From Ascoidea asiatica JCM 7603 (lineage: Eukaryota > Fungi > Ascomycota), in the NCBI GenBank assembly GCA_001600695.1, contig BCKQ01000001.1, positions 1,052,632-1,116,631 of the forward strand: 64,000 nt of DNA, read 5' to 3'. Positions 33,515 through 45,100 of this stretch are shown in pieces. Position numbers and translations under genes: made by a program. Position 1 is the first letter of the stretch. Every line of letters starts with the position of its first letter. Below the pieces are notes generated by a model. It was given only the letters and a program-made list of their open reading frames with translations, ran no database searches and was not told where the DNA came from.

Positions 33515-34465
33515 ATGTCAGTAAAAACAATTTATACAACTCTTAATAATGGGGTTAAGATGCCTGTGTTTGGTTTAGGTACTTGGCAATCAAAGCCAAA
33601 TGAAGTTTCAAAAGCTGTTGAACATGCTTTAAAAAATGGTTATAAACATATTGACACAGCTACAATTTATGGTAATGAACATGAAGTTGGTCAAGGTATT
33701 AAGAATAGTAAAATTGATAGAGATCAAATTTTTATAACAACAAAATTATGGAATTCAATGCATGATCCAAAAGATGTTCCAATCGCTTTAGAAAAAAGTT
33801 TAAAACAATTAAATTTAGATTATATTGATTTATATTTAATGCATTATCCTTGTGCAAATGATAGAACTGAATTTGAGAAAAGTGGTAATTCTATAAAAGT
33901 TGATATTGATTATATTGATACTTGGAATGCAATGGAAAATTTATTAAAAACTGGCAAAGTTAAAGCAATTGGTATTAGTAATTTTTCACTTTCAGAATTA
34001 AAAAATTTATTAAAAAATTGTAATATTAAACCACAAGTTCATCAAATGGAAATGCATCCATATTTAAAACAAGATGATTTTTTAAAATTTCATAATGATA
34101 ATAATATTCACGTAACTGCATATTCTGCTTTCGGTAATCAAAATTCTTCATATCAACTTAATGGTGAACCAAAAATCTTACAACATCCAAAAGTTTTACA
34201 AATTTCTGAAAAACTAAATAAAACTCCTGCTCAACTTTTAGTTTCTTGGGCAATTCATAGAGGTACTTCTATTATACCAAAATCTATAACACCAAAAAGA
34301 ATTGATGAAAATATTCTTGGTCAAAATTTAATTTTAAGTGATGAAGATTTTGATACTATTTCTGACTTAGGTTATTCTATAAGATATTCTGATTTTGGTC
34401 CATTTGTTGGTTATTGGTATTACTCAGATTTAGAATGTCCAGGAAAAAAGCCAAAAGAAATCTAA
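33515..34465 (+). CDS. NADPH-dependent aldo-keto reductase (Gcy1/Ypr1-like), 316 aa
   Basis: 'LNNGVKMPVFGLGTW', catalytic tetrad D..Y ('DTATIY'), K ('TTKLW'), H ('LMHYP'); also 'AIGISNF' and 'IIPKS'. Confidence 0.93.
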   Translation: MSVKTIYTTLNNGVKMPVFGLGTWQSKPNEVSKAVEHALKNGYKHIDTATIYGNEHEVGQGIKNSKIDRDQIFITTKLWNSMHDPKDVPIALEKSLKQLNLDYIDLYLMHYPCANDRTEFEKSGNSIKVDIDYIDTWNAMENLLKTGKVKAIGISNFSLSELKNLLKNCNIKPQVHQMEMHPYLKQDDFLKFHNDNNIHVTAYSAFGNQNSSYQLNGEPKILQHPKVLQISEKLNKTPAQLLVSWAIHRGTSIIPKSITPKRIDENILGQNLILSDEDFDTISDLGYSIRYSDFGPFVGYWYYSDLECPGKKPKEI

Positions 34466-35832
34466 GTTAAATTATGAATTGATAAAAACAATTTTTGTAT
34501 TTTTTTTTCTTAACTAAAATTTGCATCCACTTAATTCTAATTTACTTACAAAATAGATCTGAATAAATATATTCCTTTACATAGTCTCCTATTTTTTTCA
34601 AACTTAGCTGTTAAACACATTTTGAAAACCAATTGAATTTCTTTTTTTTTCTTTTCTTACACAATACGTCACAATAAATTATCATCTCCGAATAAAACAT
34701 AGCGTTAGTATTCTTTAAAACCAAACTATTACTATAAAGTTTGAAACAAGTTAAAATTCGCTTCAGAAGTTATTATGTAGAGCAAATTACTACTGAATTG
34801 CAAATTTAAATGGCTGCTTTCCATAGACAGAGGTATTATTTACAATAATCCTTAGTGCACGTTTTATTTTTTAATGTCATTTTTATAGTCCATTTAACTC
34901 GGATAGCCTTGAAATTTTTGATAACCTTGATAACCTTGATATTTTTGAAAACTGTGAAAATCTTGAAAATATACTTCAAGACAATGCGCCCCACCAAAAA
35001 GTTCTTTTAAACTTCTAAACAGCTACATCCATAAATATTTATGAAAATCAAAACAAAATATAATGGATATTTGCTGTAATTCAAGAGGATATTATTTTTA
35101 TGGCTTTACTATCCAGTAGAAAGTTGCCGATTTTCAAGTTCACCTTTCATAAAATAATTATTTCGGCTAATTCACTCTTTGGAAAAACATTATTCAAAAC
35201 TTTCAGACAAAATGAAATCAAAAGAACAAAAAAAAACACAGCAATTTTTATAAAAATTGAATTAAACTTGAATTAAGTTTTTCGGTACTTTTATGAGCCC
35301 GTTAAAATTCAGCTTTATAGTAGATAACAATTTGAAAAAACAGATTAGAGTAGCATCACTTTTATTATAAATTGCCAAAATAAGGAGCATATCTCTATTT
35401 TACTTTAAATGCAAACTTTTCTCTTCAAATTTGTACTAATAATTGAAAATCATAAAATCAGTTTGTAAACATAAAGTTAAAATTAAGATGTAAAAATGGA
35501 CTTTTTGCGTTTTCTCAATTAGTGATAGAAATAAAGTAACGTTAAACGACTCGGTTGTGATTTTATATTATTGCCCTAATAAACAATATAGCCGATTGCC
35601 TACCAATAATAGCCGATAGCCATTTGAATTGTTGGCTTGTCAAAAGAGTTAATTTTTTATACTTATAAAGTGAATAATAGTCGTATTAAAAGATGTATTT
35701 TGAATATAAAAAGAATTACAAATATTATAATAGAGTAAAATTTAAGTGAAATAGAAAAGCAAATAGTAAAAATCAGGTAAAAGAACAAAATGGAAAGACA
35801 CATACTATATAAACACAAATGAAAAATCTTTT

Positions 35833-37266
35833 TCATTTTTTAACTTGAATAACAATTTTTCCTCTAGAAGTACCACTGGAAAGCTTTGAAAAAGCCTGTT
35901 TAAAATTATGAAAATCATAAACACTATCAATAAAGATTTTTACCTTTCCTGTTTCCAACCAAGGAACACATTCATTCCAATCTGACTGGGACAGTGTGAT
36001 TCTTCTGTAATTAAATATACCATTTTTACCATAAAATAACTTCCACTTTGAAAACATTTCTCTGAAAGTAACCTTTATATTAGATAAAATGAAATCCTTT
36101 CCATTCATATTTGAAGTATTAAATTTACTATCACCGACAATGGTGACATAAAGAGAACTAGAACCTTGTGGATTAATTAGTAATTTATTAAGATGAGGGA
36201 ATAAATCACAATTACCAATAAAGTCACAAATCAAATCAAATTGCAAATTCAAAGCTAAAATTGGAGCTGAAATATCTTTATAAATTTTATAATTAATTGT
36301 ATTTGAAATGTTTGAAAACCCTTTAATAAATGTTTTAGAATTTTCTGAACAAACAAGAACAATATTTTCCGGTTTAACTTTAATTACATTGATTAGCAAT
36401 TGAATTGCACAAAGTCCAACAGATGTTGCACCTCCAATGATTAAAACTTTAGAATCTTCATTTAAAACTAAACCTTTGTTATTGAATAAAGTATCACTAG
36501 CCGTTTTTAATACAACATATGCACTTCCAGCTTCATTAAACGTAATACCATTGGAATTAAAACCCGAGTTTATATCTGTATTTGATTTTAGTTTAAACTT
36601 GACGATATCTAATTTATGATCATTAAAATCAACCAAAAGATATTTTCTTAAAGATCCATTGAAGGTGAAAGGAGCTACATATCCACCACAAATGTTATCT
36701 CCAACAATGAATTTAAATTCATTTTCATCAACTTTTTTACCAATTTTTATAATTTTACCAGAAAAATCAAAACAAACTCCTTTCGGTTTACTACCAAAAA
36801 CATAAGGATTTGCAAGACCAGAAGAAACTAAATCAACTGGATTTAAACCAACTGAATAAATCTCAATTAAAATCTTATTTTCATCTTTACTTACTAATGT
36901 CCCATCTGTATTTAGTTCAATAGTATCTTTTATTAACTCAAAACCAGAATTCCAATTTCTATAATAGATTGCTTCATTTTTCAATATAGATAAAGAATCA
37001 GTTACGGTTTCTCTAGTATTTGGTTCTGGAACAGTAGAATTTGGTAAAAATGGGTTTATAGAAGCAGAAGGAATTAAATCATTGACTGGAATACCTTTTG
37101 TAGTACTCGAAGGAATTGAGTCAGCTGGATTACTTGGTTTTGATGTAGTAGTAGGTCCAAGAGGAGCAATCGAAGCTGTAGTATTTGAATTAGAATTGCT
37201 TTGATCTAAAATAGGAGCAGGTGTTACTGAAGGTAAAAAAGAATTGTTTGTAACTTTATCATCCAT
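35833..37266 (-). CDS. Medium-chain reductase / quinone-reductase-like (Yim1/Ast1-type) with a Ser/Thr/Pro-rich N-terminal extension of about 95 aa, 477 aa
   Basis: 'GLNPVD', 'DFSGKI', Rossmann motif 'VLIIGGATSVG', 'IDSVYDF', C-terminal 'RGKIVI'. Confidence 0.75.
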   Translation of the reverse strand: MDDKVTNNSFLPSVTPAPILDQSNSNSNTTASIAPLGPTTTSKPSNPADSIPSSTTKGIPVNDLIPSASINPFLPNSTVPEPNTRETVTDSLSILKNEAIYYRNWNSGFELIKDTIELNTDGTLVSKDENKILIEIYSVGLNPVDLVSSGLANPYVFGSKPKGVCFDFSGKIIKIGKKVDENEFKFIVGDNICGGYVAPFTFNGSLRKYLLVDFNDHKLDIVKFKLKSNTDINSGFNSNGITFNEAGSAYVVLKTASDTLFNNKGLVLNEDSKVLIIGGATSVGLCAIQLLINVIKVKPENIVLVCSENSKTFIKGFSNISNTINYKIYKDISAPILALNLQFDLICDFIGNCDLFPHLNKLLINPQGSSSLYVTIVGDSKFNTSNMNGKDFILSNIKVTFREMFSKWKLFYGKNGIFNYRRITLSQSDWNECVPWLETGKVKIFIDSVYDFHNFKQAFSKLSSGTSRGKIVIQVKK

Positions 37267-37629
37267 TATTAAAAAAGTTTAGTTATTTTAAAGCTTGAGT
37301 AATAACAATTGATCATAAAAGATCCAAAAATAAAAGAATCAAATATCTTTTTTTTAGTATAAATAACTCCTTTATTTTCTGTACTAGTATGATTCTTCCT
37401 TAAGTATTGAATATTCACCAAAACTAGAAATTAGTTTTCTAGTACTGCACTGTAGTGCGTAAGTAAGGAGTGAGGAGTATGAGGAGTGAACGAAAATGAG
37501 CAGTTCTTTATTTGTTTATGGTATCGGGTATCCGGTAATATCGGTTATATATTAATAATTTTTATTGAACATACTGTATGTAACTATTAATATGGAACAA
37601 AAGGAAATTTAAATGAGTCAAATTAATTA

Positions 37630-39116
37630 TTAACAAAGTTCTTTTTCGAGATCTTTCAAGGTTTTTGAGAATCTTTGAGCAGCTTGATCCATTTGTTCGA
37701 AAGAAGCAGAAGCAAAAGTAGCTCTAAACCCAGCGGCTTTTAATTTTTCTGAAGGTGGAACAATAAACCATCCACCTTTGGCCAATAAAACTTTATTAGA
37801 AATTGAATTTTCATAAACTAATTCTTCTAATGTACTAGCCCATTCTTCATCAGATAAACTACTGTCAGGTTTCTTAAATTTTTCAATATTAAGGGTGATC
37901 CAAAGGAACATTCCACTTTCTGGGCAATTCCATGAACATAAATCAGTTGGTAAATATTTATCAAAAGATTTCATTAATGAGTCTCTTCTTTTAGTATAAG
38001 ATAATCTTATATGTTCTAACCATTTAAAATAACCAAGTTCACCCCACTGAGATAAGGTTGAAAATAATAATAATTGAGAAATACCGGAAGCAGATTGAAT
38101 ATTAACTTCATTTAATCTTATTAATTTTTCAGAAAATACAGCATTTGAAGTTATCCAACCAGTTCTTGAACCAGGCAACATAATTTTTGAGAATGAATCT
38201 AATCTTATAACTCTACCATCAGTATCAATACTTAATATACTCGGAGTTAAGTTATCTAAAAAGTTTTGAATTGAGAATTCTTTCAAAGGTTCACCCAATT
38301 GAAGAAAATAATAAGGGTCATCTTCAATTATTATAATATCATGAGCTTGACAAATTTTGTAAAATTCTTTTCTTCTTTCTAATGTCATTGTTGAACCAGT
38401 TGGATTTTGACCAGTTGGCATCATATAAATAGCTTTGGGTTTTTTTAAATCTTTATATAAGGTTGACCAATTATTTAATTGGTCATCCAAATCTTTATTT
38501 ATAATTCCACCTAGATCTAAAGAAACTGCAACAACTTTCAAACCTAAAGGTCTTAAAGTTTCCATTGCAGTTGGATAGGTTTGCTCTTCTAATAAAATAG
38601 TATCTCCAGGATCAGTGATAGTTCTAAGAACTGCATCTAAAGATTGAGTTGAACCTGCAGAAATTACAGAATTCCAACCTTTATAAGGAGGATTATGAAT
38701 TAATTTTGTATTATCAAAAGTCCATTTACTTAAATAAGATGAACCGAGTGCTGGACCATATTGTAAAGCTTCGTACAAAGAAGAATTTGGATCTTCACCT
38801 AAAGTTGCAGTTTTGAACTCAGTGAAATCAGATTCAACAGTTGGATATTTATATTTAATTTCAGCACATGGAAAGACAGAAGGATGTGGTAAACCACCAC
38901 CTAAAGATACAATTCCTGGAGTCTTAAGACGAGGATGCATCATTTTAAGTGCGGATGGCTAAAATTTGCAATTTAAATAGTAAAATTTTATTAGTTTCAT
39001 TGAACTTATAGTAAACTAAAAGATGATATTGTGAAAATTTAAAAATTTTAGAATAAAATACATACTTTACGACCCTTTGCCTGTTTTGATAAATATTGTG
39101 TCCAGTCGATTTCCAT
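37630..39116 (-). CDS. PLP-dependent aromatic-amino-acid / 2-aminoadipate aminotransferase (Aro8-like), 2 exons (39116-39066, 38958-37630), 459 aa
   Basis: Spliced N-terminus MEIDWTQYLSKQAKGRK|PSALK. Motifs 'SLGGGLP', 'LQYG', 'PTGQNPTG', 'EDDPYYFL' and the PLP-lysine motif 'RLDSFSKIMLPGSRTGW'. Confidence 0.9.
38959..39065 (-). other. Spliceosomal intron (107 nt) in the aminotransferase gene
   Basis: GTATGT donor (39065), AACTAAT branch-like sequence (38996-38990), TAG acceptor (38959). The phase-0 join restores the Aro8-like 'RKPS.LK'. Confidence 0.85.
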
Positions 39117-39324
39117 TTTGAAGTATATTTAAGTGGAATATTCTTTAGTAATTTCACTAGTAAATTAACGAGAGATGATTTTTCAGATGTTGAAAAGTTT
39201 TAAAAATTACAAAAAATTAAAATAAAGTAAAATAGACAAAAATATATACGAATGAGTGAAAATATATTTAATATATAAAGCATGAATTATTTCAATTGAT
39301 CATTTTTTGATTTGAAATACTTTA

Positions 39325-39593
39325 TGAGTCAGTCAGTACTTTAAGATCCAGTTCGAAACTTTAGAAGTGAAACAAATGATTGGTGCAATACAAGCTAATG
39401 ATAAACAATAATAATAATATCGGATGCTTTAGCCTGAGCCAGAGAGATCTGAAAAGTTTCTCAAGTGCTTTATCGTTCGGAAGTCAGAGTCGACCACAGA
39501 AACAGACCGTTGCCAGGCCCTGCAACCCTGGACCGGCGGGTTGGCTGATTGGTTGCTTTTCTGCCGTCAACAGTTAAAAGCTTATCCGCCCAC
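39325..39593. promoter_or_regulatory. Aminotransferase promoter elements: Gcn4 site plus adjacent GATA and GCCCAC motifs
   Basis: TGAGTCA at 39325-39331; CTTATC at 39581-39586 one base from GCCCAC at 39588-39593. Confidence 0.5.
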
Positions 39594-39811
39594 AGCAGTA
39601 AGCAGCAGTAGACTTATATAATCGATTGCGGGGTTAATATGCTTCGTTTAGGTGATCGACCCAAGTTCCTCTTCTGGAAATATATCCGCATAAACTACAA
39701 TCAATAGCTACAAAACTGCTTTTATTAATACTGTACTTTATTTTTTATATTCTTATTTTTTCTTTATAGCTTGTATTTAATATGATAAATTTGAATAGAC
39801 GTCTTTATGGA

Positions 39812-40822
39812 TTAATAAGTAGCATTTAATCTCATGTCAAGGTAGTCTTTAGCGTTAATAGGTTCATATTTCTTAGGATTTGCTTCTGAAAATGTTCCTG
39901 GAAGACAATCAACTGTAACTTCTTTGTTTGCAGAAACAAAAAAAGGAATTGAATAACGAGTTCTGGAAACTCCAGTTTCTGAATCAATTGGTGGTGCTGT
40001 TACTCTGTGTAAAGTTGATTTCAACATATCATTTGACCACCTCATTAAAAAATCTCCAGTATTAACAACCAATGATCCTGGGATATATGGCGCCGAAACG
40101 AAAGATCCTTGCTTATATGGCTCTTCAACTTGTAATCCTTCACATGAATCTTGTAATAGCATCGTTAAAGTTCCAAAGTCAGTGTGAGCAGCAATTCTTT
40201 CTGCTTTTCCTTTTTTTAGATCTTTTTCATCTGTTGGAGGATAATGTAATAATCTTAATTGATTATCTGAATCTGAATGATAGGGAATGAAAAATTCTTC
40301 ATCTAAATTTAGCCCTAGAGCAATTGCTCTTAAAAAATGTTTAGATACATTATTAGATATTTTGAAATATTCAGTACAAAATTGCTTAAAACCAGGAATA
40401 TCTTTTTCATCAGGCCAAATATTGACATATTTTGTATTATTTTCATTTCCAGAATCAAAACTTTCTTTAACATCGGGAACTTTTCTTAAATCTTGAATTT
40501 GCTCCTTATCAAAAACCATTTGTACAACTTTTTCTTTACCTATACCTGACCAACCTCTATGATGAGCGCCATTTTTAGGATGTGAACATTTTTTTTTTTG
40601 ACTTTCATCTAATTCGAAAAATTTTGCACTCCATTGAAACATTAAATCACTTTTATCTTTTGGAATTCCATGATTAATAATATACATGAATCCAACTTCT
40701 TTCATAACTCTAACCATTTCTTTACCAGTGTTTATTTTTCCTTCTTCTTCACCATCTAAAAATGGTTGAAAATCAATCACTGGAACGTGAAACTTTTGAC
40801 TATACCCTTCATTTAGTGCCAT
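39812..40822 (-). CDS. 2-oxoglutarate/Fe(II) dioxygenase (DIOX_N + 2OG-FeII_Oxy; thymine-7-hydroxylase-like subfamily), 336 aa
   Basis: 'VPVIDF', 'GFMYIINHG', 'DVKESF', 'NQLRLLHYP', iron ligands 'HTD'...'HRV', 2OG-binding 'RYS', C-terminal 'RLNATY'. Confidence 0.92.
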   Translation of the reverse strand: MALNEGYSQKFHVPVIDFQPFLDGEEEGKINTGKEMVRVMKEVGFMYIINHGIPKDKSDLMFQWSAKFFELDESQKKKCSHPKNGAHHRGWSGIGKEKVVQMVFDKEQIQDLRKVPDVKESFDSGNENNTKYVNIWPDEKDIPGFKQFCTEYFKISNNVSKHFLRAIALGLNLDEEFFIPYHSDSDNQLRLLHYPPTDEKDLKKGKAERIAAHTDFGTLTMLLQDSCEGLQVEEPYKQGSFVSAPYIPGSLVVNTGDFLMRWSNDMLKSTLHRVTAPPIDSETGVSRTRYSIPFFVSANKEVTVDCLPGTFSEANPKKYEPINAKDYLDMRLNATY

Positions 40823-41536
40823 CTTTATTTATGTTATTTATATTGAATTAATAATTTATCTGATTATTTGATTATCGGTTATTATGAAATTGAAAGAAAG
40901 CCAACAAAAAAAACAGTTTTTGTGGTTAGTTATATATAGAAAATTTTTAATGTAATTCTAAAAATATAACTTTATGTAATAGATAAACAATAAATAAAAC
41001 TAGAACAGAGGTGTAAGCAAATTAAAAAGAAAAAATATATATCGAACCATTAAATGTGTTTAACAAAAGTCAAATAGGAAAGGTTCTTCAGAAAACGATA
41101 ATTAACAATCAAATCACCCGAATAATATATCTCCTGAGTTTACTCCACCAGAAACAGAGCCTATTTTCAGGTAAATATATAAAATAGTAATTAATCTAAT
41201 TACTTTTTTATTTTATATTGTTTATTAAATACTGCACTGAAAGAACTAAAAGCTCTACAACCAAATGAGAATGAAAATAATGACACCATTAAATTCACTT
41301 ATTATTAAAATCCTGAGATGAGGACCTCAAAAAAAGTTGATTTGATCTCGTTTTCATTGAAGAGTAATTACCAACCTATTAACATTATTCTTAATATTTT
41401 CCTTAATAATAATTATTATTATTATTATTATCAGTAACGCTATTTTATTTTATCTCCAGTTATCTTTACTCTCTTTTTAACTCTTCTTTTTTTACTTCGA
41501 CATCGGCTTCAAACCTTATGAAACAGAGGTTTTGCT

Positions 41537-41559
41537 GGTGGGCACAGACGTGGTGGGCG
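41537..41559. promoter_or_regulatory. Two tandem GGTGGGC motifs in the dioxygenase-hydantoinase divergent promoter
   Basis: GGTGGGCAC at 41537-41545 and GGTGGGCG at 41552-41559, roughly midway between the two start codons. Confidence 0.6.
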
Positions 41560-42147
41560 TGGTGGAGGAGAACAAAACTCCCAAGTCGCTGACAATCAAC
41601 AACACAATTTTGCATAGATGGATATCGATAGATGTGAATATACTAAGTCTAAAGAGATACGAATATCAGTTTATTTTGAATCCACTCACACTTACAACTG
41701 AATCATGAATCAATCAAGTATCTTATAGAGAAGCTTTAGTCTAAGGTTATACAGGAAGTAAGAAACAAAGCAAAAAGCCAATCCTTCATAATGATAACTC
41801 TAATTGTTGTTGAGAGAGTAAAGAGGAAAGATCAAAATTGATTATTTGCATCGATGCATAAAAATTAGAATAAATTTACTTTTTTTTGAACTTTTTGAAC
41901 TTCGTTTTTAAAGGCAAGTGGAGTGGAAGCTGAAGCAACTTGTAATTTAAAGAAAAAATAAATCTTTTACTTTTAACATACTGTATATATTCATATAAAT
42001 AATACTTTTTTTAGTCTTTTGAAATAATCTCCTGATTCAAATTTATTTAGGAAACAACACTTCATTTCAATATTATTCCTTTAATATCTAAATCTTTAGA
42101 GAATATTATATATATAAATAAATTAAAAAAAGGAAAATTGAAAAGAA

Positions 42148-45100
42148 ATGGAAAAGACAGAAAAGAAATTATTAATTGGTGTTGATGTAGGAGGAACGAA
42201 TACAGATTCTGTTCTTTTAGACCCTTCTGGATTTGATAATGAACAAACAAGAGGAATTCTAGCTTGGCATAAGTCTAATACAACTCCAGATGTTTCTGAT
42301 GGTATTCAATCCGCAATTTCAAGTTTATTGGATCAAGTTAAAGATGTTAAAAAATCTCAAATTTCCGCTGTTACAATTGGAACAACTCATTTCATAAATT
42401 CAGTAATTGAACAAGATAGAGCAAGATTAGAAAAAGTTGCAGTTTTAAGATTATGTGGTCCATATTCAAGAAATATTCCTCCATTTTCTGATTTTCCAAA
42501 GGGTTTAAAAAATATATTAAATGGTTATATTGGTTATATTAATGGTGGCTATCATGTTGATGGTAATGAAATTAAAAAAATAAATGAAAATGAAATAATT
42601 TTTCATTGTCAAAAAATTAAAGATTTAAATATTAAAACAATTGCCATTAATAGTGTTTTTGCTCCTATGAGTCCTGATCATGAATTAATTGTCCATGATA
42701 TAATTTTAAGAGAAATTCCAGACTCAAAAATAGTTATGTCGCATACAGTTTCTGGTATCGGTTATTTAGAAAGAGAAAATGCAACAATTTTAAATGCTTC
42801 GATTGTTAGATTTGCTGAGAAAGTTATTTATTCTTTTGAAACTTCAATAATGAAAATTGGCCTAAATTGTCCAGTTATGCTTACTCAAAATGATGGAAGT
42901 GTAATTTCAACTTCAGAAGCTTTAAAATCACCAATTAAAACATTCTCTTCCGGAGCTACAAATTCAATGAGAGGTGCTTCTTTTTTATGTTCAAATGATA
43001 AATCAATTTACGGAAACTCTGTTATGGTTGTTGATGTTGGTGGAACTACAACTGATGTTGGACTTTTATTACCCTCAGGTTTTCCTCGTCGATCTTCTTC
43101 ATATTCCATTGTTGGTGGGGTAAGAATGAATTTTTCAATGCCTCATGTTGAAAGTATTGGTTTAGGTGGTGGATCTATTGTAAGATTTGATGATTCTAAA
43201 GCTGGTTCATTAACCGTTGGACCTGATTCGGTGGGCAATGAAGTTATAAAAAAGGCAATTGTGTTTGGCGGTAATAAAATAACTGCTTCTGATTTAACAA
43301 TTTCAATTGGTTTAGATGAAGATGCAAATAATGATATTTATCAACTTGGAAATCCATCACTTGTATTAAATAAATTTTCAGATTCTATTAAGAATAAATT
43401 TAAAACTGATATTAAATTAAAACTTGAAAAAGTAATAGATAGAATGAGGACTTCAGCTGAAGATTTACCTGTTTTACTTGTTGGTGGAGGTTCCTTCATT
43501 GTTCCAAATGAATTAGAAGGAGCTTCAAAGGTTATTAGACCTCCGTTTTTTAATGTTGCAAATGCAATTGGTGCTGCAATTGGAAAAATATCATCAAATG
43601 TTCATCTTATAAAATTTTTACCTCCTGGAGGAGAAACAAAAGAAGAAGTGGTGGAAAAATTGAAAAAAGAGGCTTTAGATAAAGCAATTTCAAAAGGAGC
43701 TAAAGAAGATACAATAATTTTAGTTGATCTTTCTTATGAACCAATTCCATATGTTGATAATACATATCAATTTTTAGTTAAAATGGTTGGAGATGTTGAT
43801 TATTCAAAAATGAAAGAAATTTTCAAATCAAATTATAAATCTAATAAGAAGAAAATAGATTCAAATTCTTCCAAAATATCAGTTATCAAAGATTCTAGTT
43901 TTAAAGATGAAAAAATTTCAGAAGAAACTAAAGAAATTGACTACTCCATATATAAGCCGATAATTAATAGTGAAAAAGAATGGCTATTAAGTGAATTAGA
44001 TTTAGAATTTATTTCAATAGGTTGTTATATTCTAGGATCGGGTGGAGGAGGAAATCCATATTCTTCATATTTACATATTAGAAATTTGCTAAGAAATGGA
44101 GATATTATAAAAATTATTGATGTTGAAAATATTTATAAATATACGAAAGGTAAAGCTAGTATAATTTCAGTTGGATATGCAGGATCACCTACAGTTTCTC
44201 ATGAACAATTAAAAGGTGATGAATTATTAGTTTGCCATGAATATATGTCAAGGTTTCATGGAGGAAGTATGGATTTAGTATTTCCACTAGAAATTGGAGG
44301 ATCCAATGGATTAACAGGATTTGAATTAGGATGTTCATCACAGTTGAATGTACCTATAGTTGATTGTGATTTTATGGGTAGAGCATATCCAACACATTGG
44401 CAAACATTACCAGTTGTTTATCAAGAAGAAGGAACATGTTTTTATGCACCAACAGTTATGAGTAATGGAAATGGGAATACTATAATATTTGCGGAATCTA
44501 AAAGTGATTTATTATTAGAATTAACTATGAGAGCATCATTGTCAGAATTTGGAGCAACAGCCGGAGTAATGAATCCTCCAATGAAAAGTGAAGAAATGGA
44601 TTTGAAAAGTATTCATAGATCAATTTCATTAGCTTGGAGAATTGGTAGAGGAGTTTTAATAGCTAGACAAAAAAGTGAGATTGATAAGATTGGAGAAAGA
44701 ATTTTAGAATCAGTTAATAATAATGGAAAATTAATATTTTCAGGTAAAATTATTGGAGTTGAAAGAAAATTAATCAAAGGACATAGTTATGGAGAAGTTA
44801 TAATTGAAGAAATTGAAGGTATTAAAGGAAATAAAAAAAAATTGAGAATTCCATTTAAAAATGAAAATATATATTGTGAATTAGAAGATTTTGATGGTAC
44901 AAATAAAGAAATAATTTGTTCAGTTCCAGATTTAATTTCAGTTATTGATGCCGATACTGGAGAAGCAGTTGGAACGCCAGATTATAGATACGGATTATTA
45001 GTTTTTGTTCTCGGAATTGCACCTAGTAATAAATGGACAGATAGTGAAAAGGCATTAAGTATTGGAGGGCCAAAAGGATTTAAATTTGATGAAATTGAAT

